Part shown: in pieces, positions 9,819 to 20,012 of the stretch | Layout of the letters: each line of letters starts with the position of its first letter | Position numbering within the stretch: the first letter of the stretch is position 1 | NCBI RefSeq assembly: GCF_037053465.1 | Contig: NZ_JBALIF010000003.1 | Location: 98,017-138,016, forward strand | Length of the DNA: 40,000 nt | From: Citrobacter amalonaticus | GTDB lineage: Bacteria > Pseudomonadota > Gammaproteobacteria > Enterobacterales > Enterobacteriaceae | Reading direction: 5' to 3' | The notes under the pieces: model-generated | The model's input: only the letters and a program-made list of their open reading frames with translations | What the model was told of the DNA's origin: nothing | The model's database searches: none | Made by a program: the position numbers and the translations under genes

Positions 9819-11222
9819 CTACCCCCGCCCCTCCGGCAAGCGGAAGTTAATTGCATCAATATTGACCACCTGGTGATTTATGCGGTCAATGTCCACCGAG
9901 CTTTGCCCTTTTTCGTTGACGACATGAACGTTCGCCAACGACAGCAGCGTATCGTCTTTCGCCATAAATTTACCACGCACATCCTTACGCAGATCAAAGT
10001 GCATTTTCAGCGCAGGGCCGGTGGATGACTTCTGCATCACATTGATATTGCGTAAAAAAAGATGCTGCGGTTGGTTGTGTAGCTCAAGCGTCGCCCGCTT
10101 CATCTCAATGTTGGTCAAGGCAACAAATGAGGTCGCATTGCCGGAAGAAATTTGAATGCCGCGCAATTTATATTCAAGCTGAGTGTTATCGAGTGAAATA
10201 TTATTCAGTTTAAAATTTTGTGGGATCGACAGATATTTCCCTTTCACCACACCATACCCAATCAGCATTCCGGCGCTGTTGACCATACTGATATTATCAA
10301 TAATGAAATTATCACAGCCATAAATTGCTATCGTCGCATTGTCGATTCCCGCCTTTTTGCTGAAATCCGGAGTGATATTTTTTGCCTTCACATTACGAAT
10401 GACGAAATGTTTGCCATTCTCCACATGTACCAGTTGCCGGCAGTCTGAGCCGGTAATATTGGCGACAACAAAGTTTTTTACCGTTTGCTGCTCGGGATAG
10501 CTGTTGTCATAAGTACTCCCGGCAAGACCAATTCCAATTCCCCAGTTGATCTTGCCGTTCGTGCAATTGATACGTTCAATAACGTGATCCGAAATCAGGA
10601 TATTGCGATCGTTAATCGCCACATTCCACTCGATGGCATCGCCCTGTAAATCGCTGAAATGACAATGCGTGATCCGCGCGCCATCGACCTGATTGTGGAA
10701 CCCCTGTCGCAATATCGCATAGTTGGCCTGACTCACCGTCAGCCGGTCGATGGTCAGGTTGCACATCACCCGTGGCTGTTTCCCACCAATATAGATTTGC
10801 GTCACCGGCCCGAAACCACTCATAGCAAGACCTTTGATCGTGCAGTCAGAACCACGGACGTCAAGGGTAATGTTATGCAGACTACCGCCTCCATCGCCTG
10901 TCACCTGGCATCCTTCCTGAAGCACAAACCGGCCTCGCCCATTGCCGCTCAGACGCCCCTTTACCTGCAGCGTTCTGCCATCAGGAATAAAAATTCCGGT
11001 ATTGATGTTTTCGCATACCAGTCCCGCCGGAACGATGACGGTTTGCGCCTCGTTAAACGCCTGTCGGAACGAGGCAATCCAGTCCTTCGGGTTGTAGTCC
11101 TGAATGTTAACGGTTTTGCCCGATGTCACCGCACGGGCAAAAGGAGAATGCAACACGGGAAGCGCGGCAAGCGCGGAGCCTGCCGCCAGAAAGGTACGTC
11201 GGGAGAGCGTCTTCTTGGCCAT
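9819..11222 (-). CDS. wcaM: Colanic acid biosynthesis protein WcaM (function unknown; Tat signal, beta-helix-like)
   Basis: 467 aa and the last gene of the wca operon. The N-terminus [31 protein letters not shown] has a twin-arginine consensus (SRRTFL), a hydrophobic region and an AxA site. The body has periodic N/I/V-rich repeats suggestive of a right-handed beta-helix. Confidence 0.9.
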   Translation of the reverse strand: MAKKTLSRRTFLAAGSALAALPVLHSPFARAVTSGKTVNIQDYNPKDWIASFRQAFNEAQTVIVPAGLVCENINTGIFIPDGRTLQVKGRLSGNGRGRFVLQEGCQVTGDGGGSLHNITLDVRGSDCTIKGLAMSGFGPVTQIYIGGKQPRVMCNLTIDRLTVSQANYAILRQGFHNQVDGARITHCHFSDLQGDAIEWNVAINDRNILISDHVIERINCTNGKINWGIGIGLAGSTYDNSYPEQQTVKNFVVANITGSDCRQLVHVENGKHFVIRNVKAKNITPDFSKKAGIDNATIAIYGCDNFIIDNISMVNSAGMLIGYGVVKGKYLSIPQNFKLNNISLDNTQLEYKLRGIQISSGNATSFVALTNIEMKRATLELHNQPQHLFLRNINVMQKSSTGPALKMHFDLRKDVRGKFMAKDDTLLSLANVHVVNEKGQSSVDIDRINHQVVNIDAINFRLPEGRG

Positions 11223-11233
11223 ACAACCTCGGT

Positions 11234-12454
11234 TTACATCGTCTGGAGCAGGCTGGCCAACTGACGATTGATCACCTGCTGATTAAAATCATGTTCAACT
11301 TTTTCACGCGCGCGATGAACGACAGGGGCCAGCGTTTCAGCGTCAAACTGGCTGAATGAGGCAAGTTGCTGCGCCAGCGCGCGGGCATCGTTTTCCGGGA
11401 CCAGCCAGCCTGATTTCCCGGCATCCACCAGTTCGGGAATACCGCTGTGAACGGTAGAAACCACCGGGATCCCCACGGCCATTGCCTCCATCAACGCCAC
11501 CGGAATCCCTTCCATATCGCCATCCGCGCCAGTGACTGATGGCAGCAGAAAGACATCCGCTTCATCCAGCATCACTTTCACTTCGTGGCTGGGCTTAAAC
11601 CCTGGCATCTCAATCACTTCATCGAGCTGATACTGTTCGATAAGTGTGCGTAATCGCCGTTCCCAGGGACCGATGCCCAGAATGCGATAACGAAACGCCA
11701 CGCCCTGTTCTTTTAACTGGCGACAGGCCTCGATCGCTACATGCAGCCCTTTTTTCTCGGTGAGCCGCGCGACGGAGATTATCTCCAGCGGCGTCCCAGG
11801 CGCTTTGACCGGGCGGTGCGTGAAGCGCGTCATATCGACGCCCATTCGTGAAACCGCTATTTTCTCGGGCGGGCAGCCCATGTTTTTCAGGCGTCTCGCC
11901 CAAAGATCGCTGACGGGCAGCATCAAATCACCACGGCGGAACAGTTGTTGATATTCCGGCGTGTAATGATTCAAAACCCCCCGGCTGGAGATATCGATAC
12001 CGTGGAAAATGGTAGCGATCTTGCCCTGAATTATCCCCAGTTCACGTAATTTCGCCGCCGTCACGCCCGCCGGACCAAAATGGGCGATAAACACGTCGGC
12101 GCACAGCGGTTGACGCACCTGGGCACAAATTGAAGAAAGGATCAGGTTGCGGGATTCCTCGCCATAGCGAGAAACATTGAGTGATTTCCAGGTTGCGGCG
12201 CGTACCAGGCCTGGCAGCGTTTTAAACGCCCGGTGGCGCAGTTTTGCCAGACGCCCCTGCGGTTCAACCTGCAACCAGCGCGTTTTGCCTGCCAGACCGT
12301 ATTTCTCCCAGGCGGCATGGGTATTTTGCGTATCGCCTTTCTGCAGAGCGACGATCTCAACGTCGAACCCCATATCAATAAACGCGGTAATCTGATTAAG
12401 AACGAAGGTCTCCGATGAGAGCGGAAATTTCAGTAAAAAGAAGCTGACCTTCAT
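11234..12454 (-). CDS. wcaL: Colanic acid glycosyltransferase WcaL (GT4)
   Basis: 406 aa, the same length and position as E. coli WcaL. The GT-B C-terminal domain carries [19 protein letters not shown]. Its ATG overlaps the wcaK stop (ATGA, 12451-12454). Confidence 0.9.
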   Translation of the reverse strand: MKVSFFLLKFPLSSETFVLNQITAFIDMGFDVEIVALQKGDTQNTHAAWEKYGLAGKTRWLQVEPQGRLAKLRHRAFKTLPGLVRAATWKSLNVSRYGEESRNLILSSICAQVRQPLCADVFIAHFGPAGVTAAKLRELGIIQGKIATIFHGIDISSRGVLNHYTPEYQQLFRRGDLMLPVSDLWARRLKNMGCPPEKIAVSRMGVDMTRFTHRPVKAPGTPLEIISVARLTEKKGLHVAIEACRQLKEQGVAFRYRILGIGPWERRLRTLIEQYQLDEVIEMPGFKPSHEVKVMLDEADVFLLPSVTGADGDMEGIPVALMEAMAVGIPVVSTVHSGIPELVDAGKSGWLVPENDARALAQQLASFSQFDAETLAPVVHRAREKVEHDFNQQVINRQLASLLQTM

Positions 12455-13731
12455 TTCCCCTCCCCAATACGCGTTAACACGGATTCCACCATGCGCAGCC
12501 CCTGTTCACGTTCGCGGCGCACGGCCGATGCCAGACGGTCGTTGATCTGCGGTAGCTGCCCTAACGTATCCGCCACCATCGCCTCCAGGCTGCCATCCAG
12601 CAGGTGGCGAATATCAATCGCCATCTCCGGCATCCCCAGTTGTTGCATGATGCCCGCCGACTTGTGTTCATAGTTGATGGCAATGGCAGGCGTGGCAAAG
12701 TTCATGGAGATTATCGCCGAATGCAGACGTGTCCCCACCGTCAGTTCGCATGCACCGAGGATTTTGCCCATTTCCAGATCGTTCAGCTCGTCCATCACCA
12801 CGTGATAGCGCACCGGATCGCTGATATGCTGACGCAGATTCAGCGCCACCATACGGTCGTCTTTGTTGTAACTGTCGATCCCGGTGCAGGTTGAGAGCGC
12901 GATCACCTGATAGCCCTCATCGAGAATACGATTCACCACACCGGCGAAAGCTTTCTCATAGGCCTCTTGCGTCGTCCCCAACCGCGTATCAAACGGCGCC
13001 AGTTCACGTAGGGTAATGGCGACCGTTTTCTGCTGCGCCGCGATATCCAGCCAGTGTCGAACCGCATACCCTGGCTCAAAGTCAGCATCGTGATGATCCA
13101 CCAGCCAGGCGGTATCTACGCCGTGCTCCACTTTTGCCGTGGTGATTTCACTGCGTTTCATCAAATCGAGACTGACCGATTCACGCAGAATCAGCGCGTC
13201 ACAGTGACCAAAGACATAGTTTGCCAGTTGGTTAAACTGCGGATCCTGGAAGGGACCGACGCTGTGACCAATCATGTACAGCGGTTTTTTCGCCATAAAA
13301 GTACACAGTGCATGTTCAAACTGCGGAACGCCGTACAGATCGACAAAGAACGAGCCGCCAACCTGGATAACGGCGTCATATCCTGAAAGCAGTCGGACAA
13401 AATCGGTGAACCCTTGAGCAATCGCGATATTGCGCAGCTTGCCGGTATCGGTGACGCGGGAAAGCAGCACCTGGTGCTGGTAGCGACGACGGAGGACTTT
13501 TTTCACCCGACCTACCACGCCTGCCGCGCTGTTATGCTGTTTCATCTGTAAAAAGAGCGGATCGCCCATCACCGGACGATTCAAAAGCCAGGAGGAGCTC
13601 ACCGGGTAGCGGCTCATGACATCCACCTGCGCATCCGGTTCAAGGCGGTTAATGGCATCCAGCAGACCGCGTAAAATCGCGCTATCACCGCGGTTGCCGC
13701 AGGTATGGTTGCCCAGAATCAGTAATTTCAT
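12451..13731 (-). CDS. wcaK: Colanic acid pyruvyl transferase WcaK
   Basis: 426 aa. MKLLILGNHTCGNRGDSAILRGLLDAI is the polysaccharide pyruvyl transferase N-terminus. The gene is at the syntenic position. Confidence 0.9.
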   Translation of the reverse strand: MKLLILGNHTCGNRGDSAILRGLLDAINRLEPDAQVDVMSRYPVSSSWLLNRPVMGDPLFLQMKQHNSAAGVVGRVKKVLRRRYQHQVLLSRVTDTGKLRNIAIAQGFTDFVRLLSGYDAVIQVGGSFFVDLYGVPQFEHALCTFMAKKPLYMIGHSVGPFQDPQFNQLANYVFGHCDALILRESVSLDLMKRSEITTAKVEHGVDTAWLVDHHDADFEPGYAVRHWLDIAAQQKTVAITLRELAPFDTRLGTTQEAYEKAFAGVVNRILDEGYQVIALSTCTGIDSYNKDDRMVALNLRQHISDPVRYHVVMDELNDLEMGKILGACELTVGTRLHSAIISMNFATPAIAINYEHKSAGIMQQLGMPEMAIDIRHLLDGSLEAMVADTLGQLPQINDRLASAVRREREQGLRMVESVLTRIGEGK

Positions 13732-13750
13732 TTCATCCTCTTAAAATCGT

Positions 13751-14100
13751 TGCCGGATGGCGGCTGCCGCCTTATCCGGCCTACGGCTCAGTGTGATTTG
13801 TAGGTCTGATAAGCGAAGCGTCATCAGGCATGGTTTGCCGGATGGCGGCTACCGCCTTATCCGGCCTACGGCTCAGTGTGATTTGCAGGCCTGATAAGCG
13901 AAGCGTCATCAGGCATGGTTTGCCGGATGGCGGCTGCCGCCTTATCCGGCCTACAGCTCAGCGTGATTTGTAGGCCTGATAAGCAAAGCGTCATCAGGCA
14001 TGGTTTGCCGGATGGCGGCTGCCGCCTTATCCGGCCTACAGCTCAGCGTTATTTGCAGGCCTGATAAGCGAAGCGTCATCAGGCATGGTTTGCCGGATAA
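13751..14100. repeat. Tandem BIME array: four complete 85-bp units, each holding two inverted REP palindromes, plus a partial fifth REP
   Basis: Unit starts (tgccggatggcggc...) fall at 13751, 13836, 13921, 14006 and 14091, an exact 85-bp period. Each unit holds gccggatggcggctgccgccttatccggcctac and gtaggcctgataagcgaagcgtcatcaggca. The array fills the 382-bp wzxC-wcaK spacer. Confidence 0.95.
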
Positions 14101-14113
14101 TTAACTGCAAGAT

Positions 14114-15592
14114 TCAGCCTGCACGAAGCAGGGTTTTCATTTTTTCGCTGCGACAGAACTGGCGTTTCATCTCCACCACCAGCGGGTGGCGCGAAAATAC
14201 GATCATCACCGCAAATGCCAGCGCGCCCGCGATAATCTGCGTTGCCAACAGCGCCCCCAGAGAGAGATGCTCCTGTAACGCAATACCCAGGCCGTAGCTC
14301 ACGGCCAGCGTAGGAAGCGAGAGATAAAACGGCAGCCACAGACTCAGAACGTACTGACGGTAGCTGGACCCCAGCACCGGTTTGATCATGACGAAGTAGC
14401 TCAGAATGGTGTTGATGATTTGCACCAGCAGAAAGCCCAGCGTCACGCCAATCGCGCCCGCCAGATGTCCACCAACGATAATCGCCGGGATAAACAGGAA
14501 TGTTTTAAAGACGTTGAATTTAAAGCTGATATCCACGCGCGCTTTTGCCATCAACAGCGAGCCAATCGGGTTACCGATCGCGCGCAACAGCCCCACCACG
14601 CACAGCAGTTGCAGCACAGGAATGATGCTGTTCCACTTCTCGCCAAACACCAGCGGCACAAAATTATTGCAAACCACCATCAGGCCGAGCAGCGCCGGAA
14701 AGTTGATAATTCCCACCACGGAGAGCAGCTTGTAAAAGTTCACGCGCAGCTTTTCCGTGTCGTCCTGAATTTTGGCAAACGCCGGAAACAGCACGCGGGT
14801 GATAATCGGGTTGAGCTTCATCGGCGGCACCACCGCCACGTTGTATGCAAGGTTATAGCCCCCTGCGACACCAGCCCCGAGAATACGCGCCAGTACCAGC
14901 GTGGAGAGGTTGGTGTTGACGTAATTGATGATACTGTCCGCCGTCAGCCACGCGCCAAAGCGCAGATTCGACGCAACCGACGCCAGCGAAAAGTGCAGGC
15001 CAGGATGATAAATTTTGCGGCCAAAGTAGCCAAACAGCAGCGTACGGACCGCGCTATTCACCAGGTAACCGAGAATGGCGGTCATGGCCAGCGGCCAGAA
15101 ATGGGCGCTCACCACGGTAAAGGTAAAGCCCGCCAGCACCGAGCTGGTTTCAATCATCCCAATCTTGTTGAACTCCAGCTCTTTTTGCATCAGCGCGCGG
15201 AACTGCTGGCCGTGAGGGATCACCACAAACGCCAGCGACAGCGCTTTAATCAGCGGGGCCAGATCCGGGTTATGCAGTACATTGCCTATCACATCACTCA
15301 GCAGGAAGACCACCACGCAGACGATCATTCCCAGCCCGACGTTCAGCCAGTAGAGCGTGGTCAGCTCAAGATGGCTTATCTCCTTGCGCTGAATAATGGA
15401 GTTGGCAATACCGAAGTCAGACAGCGTGTCCGCCAGCGCAATGATCACCAGCGACACGGTCAGCAGGCCAAACTGCTGGTTATCAATAATCCGCGCCAGC
15501 ACCGTCATCTGGATCAGCCCCAGACCGATGATAATCACCGTGGCGATGGCCGACCACTTGGCGCCGCTGATAGTTTTTTCACGTAAACTCAT
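14114..15592 (-). CDS. wzxC: Colanic acid repeat-unit flippase WzxC
   Basis: 492 aa multi-spanning PST/MOP protein with the same length and position as E. coli WzxC. N-terminus: MSLREKTISGAKWSAIATVIIIGLGLIQMTVLARII. Confidence 0.9.
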   Translation of the reverse strand: MSLREKTISGAKWSAIATVIIIGLGLIQMTVLARIIDNQQFGLLTVSLVIIALADTLSDFGIANSIIQRKEISHLELTTLYWLNVGLGMIVCVVVFLLSDVIGNVLHNPDLAPLIKALSLAFVVIPHGQQFRALMQKELEFNKIGMIETSSVLAGFTFTVVSAHFWPLAMTAILGYLVNSAVRTLLFGYFGRKIYHPGLHFSLASVASNLRFGAWLTADSIINYVNTNLSTLVLARILGAGVAGGYNLAYNVAVVPPMKLNPIITRVLFPAFAKIQDDTEKLRVNFYKLLSVVGIINFPALLGLMVVCNNFVPLVFGEKWNSIIPVLQLLCVVGLLRAIGNPIGSLLMAKARVDISFKFNVFKTFLFIPAIIVGGHLAGAIGVTLGFLLVQIINTILSYFVMIKPVLGSSYRQYVLSLWLPFYLSLPTLAVSYGLGIALQEHLSLGALLATQIIAGALAFAVMIVFSRHPLVVEMKRQFCRSEKMKTLLRAG

Positions 15593-15601
15593 GAGAGTTC
15601 C

Positions 15602-16996
15602 TCAGTACGCCGCTTTGTTGACAAAGCCCTTAAACACCGTCAGAAAGACGATCTTGATGTCGAACCACAGGCTCCACTCCCGGATGTACTCCAGATCGAA
15701 CTCCACCCGCTTTTCCATCTTCTCCAGCGTGTCGGTCTCACCGCGCCAGCCGTTAATTTGCGCCCAGCCGGTAATGCCCGGCTTCACCTTATGACGCAGC
15801 ATGTAGCCTTCGATTAACTGGCGATACTGTTCGTTATGGGCCACGGCGTGCGGGCGTGGTCCGACGATGGACATCCCACCAGTCAGGACATTGATAAACT
15901 GCGGCAGTTCATCCAGCGAAGTGCGGCGCAGGAAGCTCCCGACTTTGGTGACGCGCGGATCGTTCTGCGTCGCCTGGGTGACCACCTTGTCGTTTTCCAT
16001 CACCTTCATGGAACGAAACTTCCAGACTTTGATCGGCTTGCCGTCCATTCCGTAACGGGTCTGGCGAAAGATAACCGGCCCCGGCGAAGTGAGCTTGACC
16101 GCCAGCGCGATGCAGCACAGCACTGGCGAAATCAACAGCAGGATCAGAGAGGCGAGCACAATATCTTCAGCCCGTTTGAGCAGACGATTAATTCCCGACA
16201 GCGGCGTGTCATACAGCGGCACCACCGGTACGCCGCTCACCTCTTCGATGCGGGAATGGAGAATGTTAAAGGTAAAGACATCGGGAATGAGGAGCACCGA
16301 GCAGGTGGTATCGGCCAGTTCACGGACCAGCTTTTTCACCCGCTCGCCATCAGACATCGGCATGGCGATATAGACGTTATGAATGCGCGACGCTTTGGCA
16401 TCGTCAATCAACTGTTCGAAATTCCCGGCCCAGTCTGAGGTCACGCCCCCTGGTTTCGGATCGTGATAAACACCGACCACGTCAAAGCCCAGCCACGGCT
16501 CATTGCGGAAGCTGTCGAGCAACGCCTGTCCGGCGGGCAGATCGCCGGCCACCGCGACACGCCGCGTGTTATAGCCACGATGACGCAGCCACCCTGCTCC
16601 ATAGCGGATAAACGAACGGCAAAAGACCAGTCCGACGCTGGTCAGCAGATACCACATAATCCAGGTCATCAGGCGATTATCGAAATCCTGATTAAACGCC
16701 ACCAGACCGGCGCTGAAAATGAGACTCAGCGTCCAGTTTTGTAACAACAGCGTCAGCTCAGTAGAAATTTTGACGCCGCGCCAGGAGCGATAAAAATCGG
16801 TTATGCCGCCCAGCATCTGAAAAACGACCAGCGTGATCAGCGCCACCAACAGGTGCATGTACAGGAAAGGCAATCCGCTGACTTTGCAGACCACCCACAG
16901 CCCGCCAAACATGATGGTGATATCTGAAAAGCGTTGCACCATTGAGATTAACGATGCATTGGTTTTGGCCCGTTCGCGCTTTTTTAGATTTGTCAT
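15602..16996 (-). CDS. wcaJ: UDP-glucose:undecaprenyl-phosphate glucose-1-phosphate transferase WcaJ
   Basis: The C-terminal bacterial sugar-transferase domain carries DELPQFINVLTGGMSIVGPRPHAVAHNEQY. The start is set at ATG 16996-16994 (MTNLKKRERAKTNASL), giving 464 aa as in E. coli. The ORF-track start at 17026 adds 10 residues. Confidence 0.9.
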   Translation of the reverse strand: MTNLKKRERAKTNASLISMVQRFSDITIMFGGLWVVCKVSGLPFLYMHLLVALITLVVFQMLGGITDFYRSWRGVKISTELTLLLQNWTLSLIFSAGLVAFNQDFDNRLMTWIMWYLLTSVGLVFCRSFIRYGAGWLRHRGYNTRRVAVAGDLPAGQALLDSFRNEPWLGFDVVGVYHDPKPGGVTSDWAGNFEQLIDDAKASRIHNVYIAMPMSDGERVKKLVRELADTTCSVLLIPDVFTFNILHSRIEEVSGVPVVPLYDTPLSGINRLLKRAEDIVLASLILLLISPVLCCIALAVKLTSPGPVIFRQTRYGMDGKPIKVWKFRSMKVMENDKVVTQATQNDPRVTKVGSFLRRTSLDELPQFINVLTGGMSIVGPRPHAVAHNEQYRQLIEGYMLRHKVKPGITGWAQINGWRGETDTLEKMEKRVEFDLEYIREWSLWFDIKIVFLTVFKGFVNKAAY

Positions 16997-17049
16997 CGTT
17001 GTTCCTGTGATTAGCCCCTTACCCACGAGCGGGTAAGGGAAGTCTGACC

Positions 17050-18420
17050 TTACTGATTCAGCAGTGTCAGCAGAGTGCGCGTTCGCGCTTCCATCAGTGG
17101 AATGTCACCGCGTGACTCGACGTTCAGGCGCACGACCGGCTCGGTATTGGATGAGCGCAGATTGAAGCGCCAGTCGCCAAACGACATGCTGATGCCGTCC
17201 GTTCTGTCCACCGCCAGCGCGTCGCGGGCGAAATGCTGCTCCACGCGTGAAATCGCCGCTGCCGGTTCGTCCAGCAGACTGTTGATTTCGCCACTCGCCG
17301 GAAACGCTGCCATCCGGTCGCGCACCAGTTCCCCCAGCGACTGCTCTTTCAGACACACCAGCTCCGCCACCAGCAGCCACGGGATCATTCCGCTGTCGCA
17401 GTACGCAAAATCACGGAAATAATGGTGCGCGCTCATCTCACCGCCGTAGATAGCGTCTTCGGCACGCATACGCTCTTTAATGAACGCATGACCGGTTTTC
17501 GACATGACCGGCGTGCCGCCCGCCGCGGTCACCACATCCACGGTGTTCCACGAAAGACGCGGGTCGTGGATGATTTTCGCCCCCGGGTGTTTTTCGAGAA
17601 AAGCTTCCGCCAGCAGGCCAACAATGTAGTAGCCCTCGATAAACTGGCCTGTCTCGTCAAACAGGAAGCAGCGGTCAAAATCGCCGTCAAAGGCGATCCC
17701 CATATCCGCGCCGTGTTCGATCACTGCATTACGGGTATCGGCGCGACACTCCGGCAACAGTGGATTGGGAATACCGTTCGGGAAGTTACCGTCCGGGGTA
17801 TTGTGGATTTTGATGAATTCCACCGGCACGCCCAGCGCCTGGAATCGCGCTTCGACGGCATCCACCACCGGGCCCGCAGCGCCATTGCCGGAGTTAATCA
17901 CCAGCTTCAGGGGCGTGAGGTTTTTGACGTTGATGTAACTGAACAGATGGTCGATGTAGGCATCACGCAGGGAAATCTGTTGGTAGTTGCCGCGTTTCGC
18001 CGCATTCACCGGCGGAAAATCGTTGGCTTCCGCCAGACGCTGAACGTCACGCAGACCGGTATCACCGCTGATCGGGCGCGCGCCTTCACGCACCAGCTTC
18101 ATGCCGTTGTAGTCCATCGGGTTGTGGCTGGCAGTGACTTCGATTCCGCCGTCTACCCCCAGGTGGAAGGTGGCGAAATAGATCTCTTCGGTGCCCGACA
18201 GCCCGATATCCAGCACGTCAACGCCCGCATCCTGCAACCCTTTTGCCAGCGCCAGTTTCAGCGCCTCGCTGGTCAGACGTACGTCGCCGCCCAGGACAAT
18301 AGTTTTCGGCTTCAGAAACTCGCCATACGCGCGGCCAATCCGCCACGCAATCTCTTCGTTCAGCTCTTCGCCCAGCCTGCCGCGAATGTCGTAGGCTTTA
18401 AAACAGGTTAATTTCGTCAT
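17050..18420 (-). CDS. manB: Phosphomannomutase
   Basis: [33 protein letters not shown] plus the active-site motif [13 protein letters not shown]. The start is set at ATG 18420-18418, giving 456 aa. The 36-codon upstream extension in the ORF track runs through a REP element. Confidence 0.95.
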   Translation of the reverse strand: MTKLTCFKAYDIRGRLGEELNEEIAWRIGRAYGEFLKPKTIVLGGDVRLTSEALKLALAKGLQDAGVDVLDIGLSGTEEIYFATFHLGVDGGIEVTASHNPMDYNGMKLVREGARPISGDTGLRDVQRLAEANDFPPVNAAKRGNYQQISLRDAYIDHLFSYINVKNLTPLKLVINSGNGAAGPVVDAVEARFQALGVPVEFIKIHNTPDGNFPNGIPNPLLPECRADTRNAVIEHGADMGIAFDGDFDRCFLFDETGQFIEGYYIVGLLAEAFLEKHPGAKIIHDPRLSWNTVDVVTAAGGTPVMSKTGHAFIKERMRAEDAIYGGEMSAHHYFRDFAYCDSGMIPWLLVAELVCLKEQSLGELVRDRMAAFPASGEINSLLDEPAAAISRVEQHFARDALAVDRTDGISMSFGDWRFNLRSSNTEPVVRLNVESRGDIPLMEARTRTLLTLLNQ

Positions 18421-18503
18421 GTTTTTACCCTTCTTCAGGCAACAGTAAGCCCTCTCCGGACTGGAGATATTTTTTGTAAAGTAAATAACCATTAGCGCGA
18501 TCC

Positions 18504-18576
18504 GTAGGCCGGATAAGCAACGCGCCATCCGGCATTCTTCGCCTGATGGCGACGCTGCGCGCCTTATCAGGCCTAC
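18504..18576. repeat. REP pair (BIME) between manC and manB
   Basis: The two palindromes are gtaggccggataagcaacgcgccatccggca (18504-18534) and gcctgatggcgacgctgcgcgccttatcaggcctac (18541-18576). The manC stop codon (18573-18575) lies inside the second REP. Confidence 0.9.
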
Positions 18577-20009
18577 ACCCGGCCGTAGCGATCCGCAAAC
18601 CGCACAACGTCATCCTCTTCGAGGTAAGAACCCGAGCGCACTTCAATCAGATCGAGGGGAATTTTTCCCGGGTTTTCCAGACAGTGGGTCGCCCCCAGCG
18701 GAATGTAGACAGACTCGTTTTCACCGAGCAGTTTGATATCACCGTTAATGGTGACTTTGGCCGTACCGGCCACCACCACCCAGTGTTCGGCGCGGTGGTG
18801 GTGCATCTGCACCGACAGCCCTTCTCCCGGCTTCACGGTGATGCGTTTGACCTGATAGCGATCGCCAGCGTCAATGGAGTCATATTTCCCCCACGGGCGG
18901 TACACTTCGCGGTGAATATGGTGCTCATGGCGGCCATCGGCTTTGATTTGTTCAACCACTTTTTTCACGTCCTGCACCGCGTTACGGTCAGCAATCAGCA
19001 CCGCATCTTTGGTCTGCACCACCACCAGATCTTTCACCCCGACGGTGGTCACCAGACCCGATTCCGCATAGACGTAGCTGTTCTCGGTTTTATGGCTGAT
19101 GACGTCGCCATGATGCACGTTTCCCTCGGCGGTATGGGCGCTGATCTCCCACAGCGACGACCAGGAGCCGACATCGCTCCAGCCTGCGTCCATTGGCATG
19201 ACGACAGCGTCTGCGGTGCGTTCCATCACCGCGTAATCCACGGATTCTTCCGGACAGGCGAGGAATGCGACTTCATCCACGCGAATGAAATCCAGGTCCG
19301 GATCGACCACACTCATCGCCTTTTCACAGGCTTCAAGGATATCGGGACGGTATTTTTTAAGCTCTTCGAGATAACGTCCCGCCCGGAACAGGAACATCCC
19401 GCTGTTCCAGTAATAATCCCCACTGGCCACATACGCCTGCGCCGTTTCCAGATTCGGTTTTTCGACGAACTGCGCGACATCAAAGGCCACGGCGTCGTTG
19501 TCGCCGGGCGTCACATCACCGCGACGAATGTAGCCATAGCCGGTTTCCGGCAGATCCGGAACGATGCCAAACGTCACCAGCTTTCCGGCTTCGGCGTAAG
19601 GCATAGCGTTGCGAACCGCGTCGCGGAAAGCCTCTTCGTTGGCGATCACATGATCGGCTGCCAGCACCAGCATCAGCGGATCGCACTGTGGACTGTGACG
19701 TTTCGCCGCCAGCGCAGCCAGGGCAATTGCCGGCGCGGTATTACGTCCCGCCGGTTCGAGAATGATGTTCTCCGTCAGTTTATTCAGTTGACGAAGCTGC
19801 TCGGCGACAATGAAGCGGTGTTGCTCATTACAAATCACCACCGGACTTTCACACTCCACGCCGTTCAGACGACAAATGGTCGTTTGCAGCATGGTGAGAT
19901 CGCCTTTCAGACACAGAAACTGCTTAGGATAAAGTACGCGGGAAAGCGGCCATAAGCGGCTACCGGAGCCACCCGCCATCACAACCGGATACAACGTGGT
20001 TTGACTCAT
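18573..20009 (-). CDS. manC: Mannose-1-phosphate guanylyltransferase (GDP-mannose pyrophosphorylase)
   Basis: 478 aa. It has the N-terminal [16 protein letters not shown] nucleotidyltransferase motif and a C-terminal cupin/PMI-like domain ([10 protein letters not shown]...[11 protein letters not shown]). Confidence 0.95.
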   Translation of the reverse strand: MSQTTLYPVVMAGGSGSRLWPLSRVLYPKQFLCLKGDLTMLQTTICRLNGVECESPVVICNEQHRFIVAEQLRQLNKLTENIILEPAGRNTAPAIALAALAAKRHSPQCDPLMLVLAADHVIANEEAFRDAVRNAMPYAEAGKLVTFGIVPDLPETGYGYIRRGDVTPGDNDAVAFDVAQFVEKPNLETAQAYVASGDYYWNSGMFLFRAGRYLEELKKYRPDILEACEKAMSVVDPDLDFIRVDEVAFLACPEESVDYAVMERTADAVVMPMDAGWSDVGSWSSLWEISAHTAEGNVHHGDVISHKTENSYVYAESGLVTTVGVKDLVVVQTKDAVLIADRNAVQDVKKVVEQIKADGRHEHHIHREVYRPWGKYDSIDAGDRYQVKRITVKPGEGLSVQMHHHRAEHWVVVAGTAKVTINGDIKLLGENESVYIPLGATHCLENPGKIPLDLIEVRSGSYLEEDDVVRFADRYGRV

Positions 20010-20012
20010 GAT

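Noticed and set aside
13751-14100. The regular 85-bp repeats could be mistaken for a CRISPR array
   Set aside because: The units are contiguous, with no unique spacers between them. Each unit consists of two inverted REP palindromes with the canonical gccggatg...cttatccggcctac sequence. There are no cas genes. This is a BIME array, not a CRISPR.
14420-15586. 388-aa plus-strand ORF opposite wzxC
   Set aside because: It is the same codon-register shadow effect (14114 and 14420 are both 2 mod 3). The translation is R/Q/H/N-rich (for example QRHANRARQMSTNDNRRDKQ) and does not look like a protein. The plus-strand ORFs at 14406-14735 and 15396-15794 also lie opposite wzxC or wcaJ, but in other triplet registers. 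They are short, have no recognisable motifs, and are rejected as chance ORFs.
17422-18411. 329-aa plus-strand ORF opposite manB, and analogous long antisense ORFs at 10659-11264 (wcaM), 15836-16438 (wcaJ), 22998-23693 (gmd), 27047-27778 (wcaC/wcaB) and 6472-7053 (rmlD)
   Set aside because: In every case I checked, the antisense ORF shares the triplet register of the real gene. They are stop-codon-depleted mirror frames of high-GC, codon-biased genes. The opposite-strand genes all have strong homology-type signatures.
18546-19955. 469-aa plus-strand ORF covering almost the whole of manC on the opposite strand
   Set aside because: Its codons are in the same triplet register as manC (both start coordinates are 0 mod 3), so each antisense codon is the exact reverse complement of a sense codon. 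The frame stays open simply because manC avoids the rare codons TTA, CTA and TCA. The product is an Arg/His/Gly/Val-rich low-complexity sequence with no recognisable domain and no RBS context.
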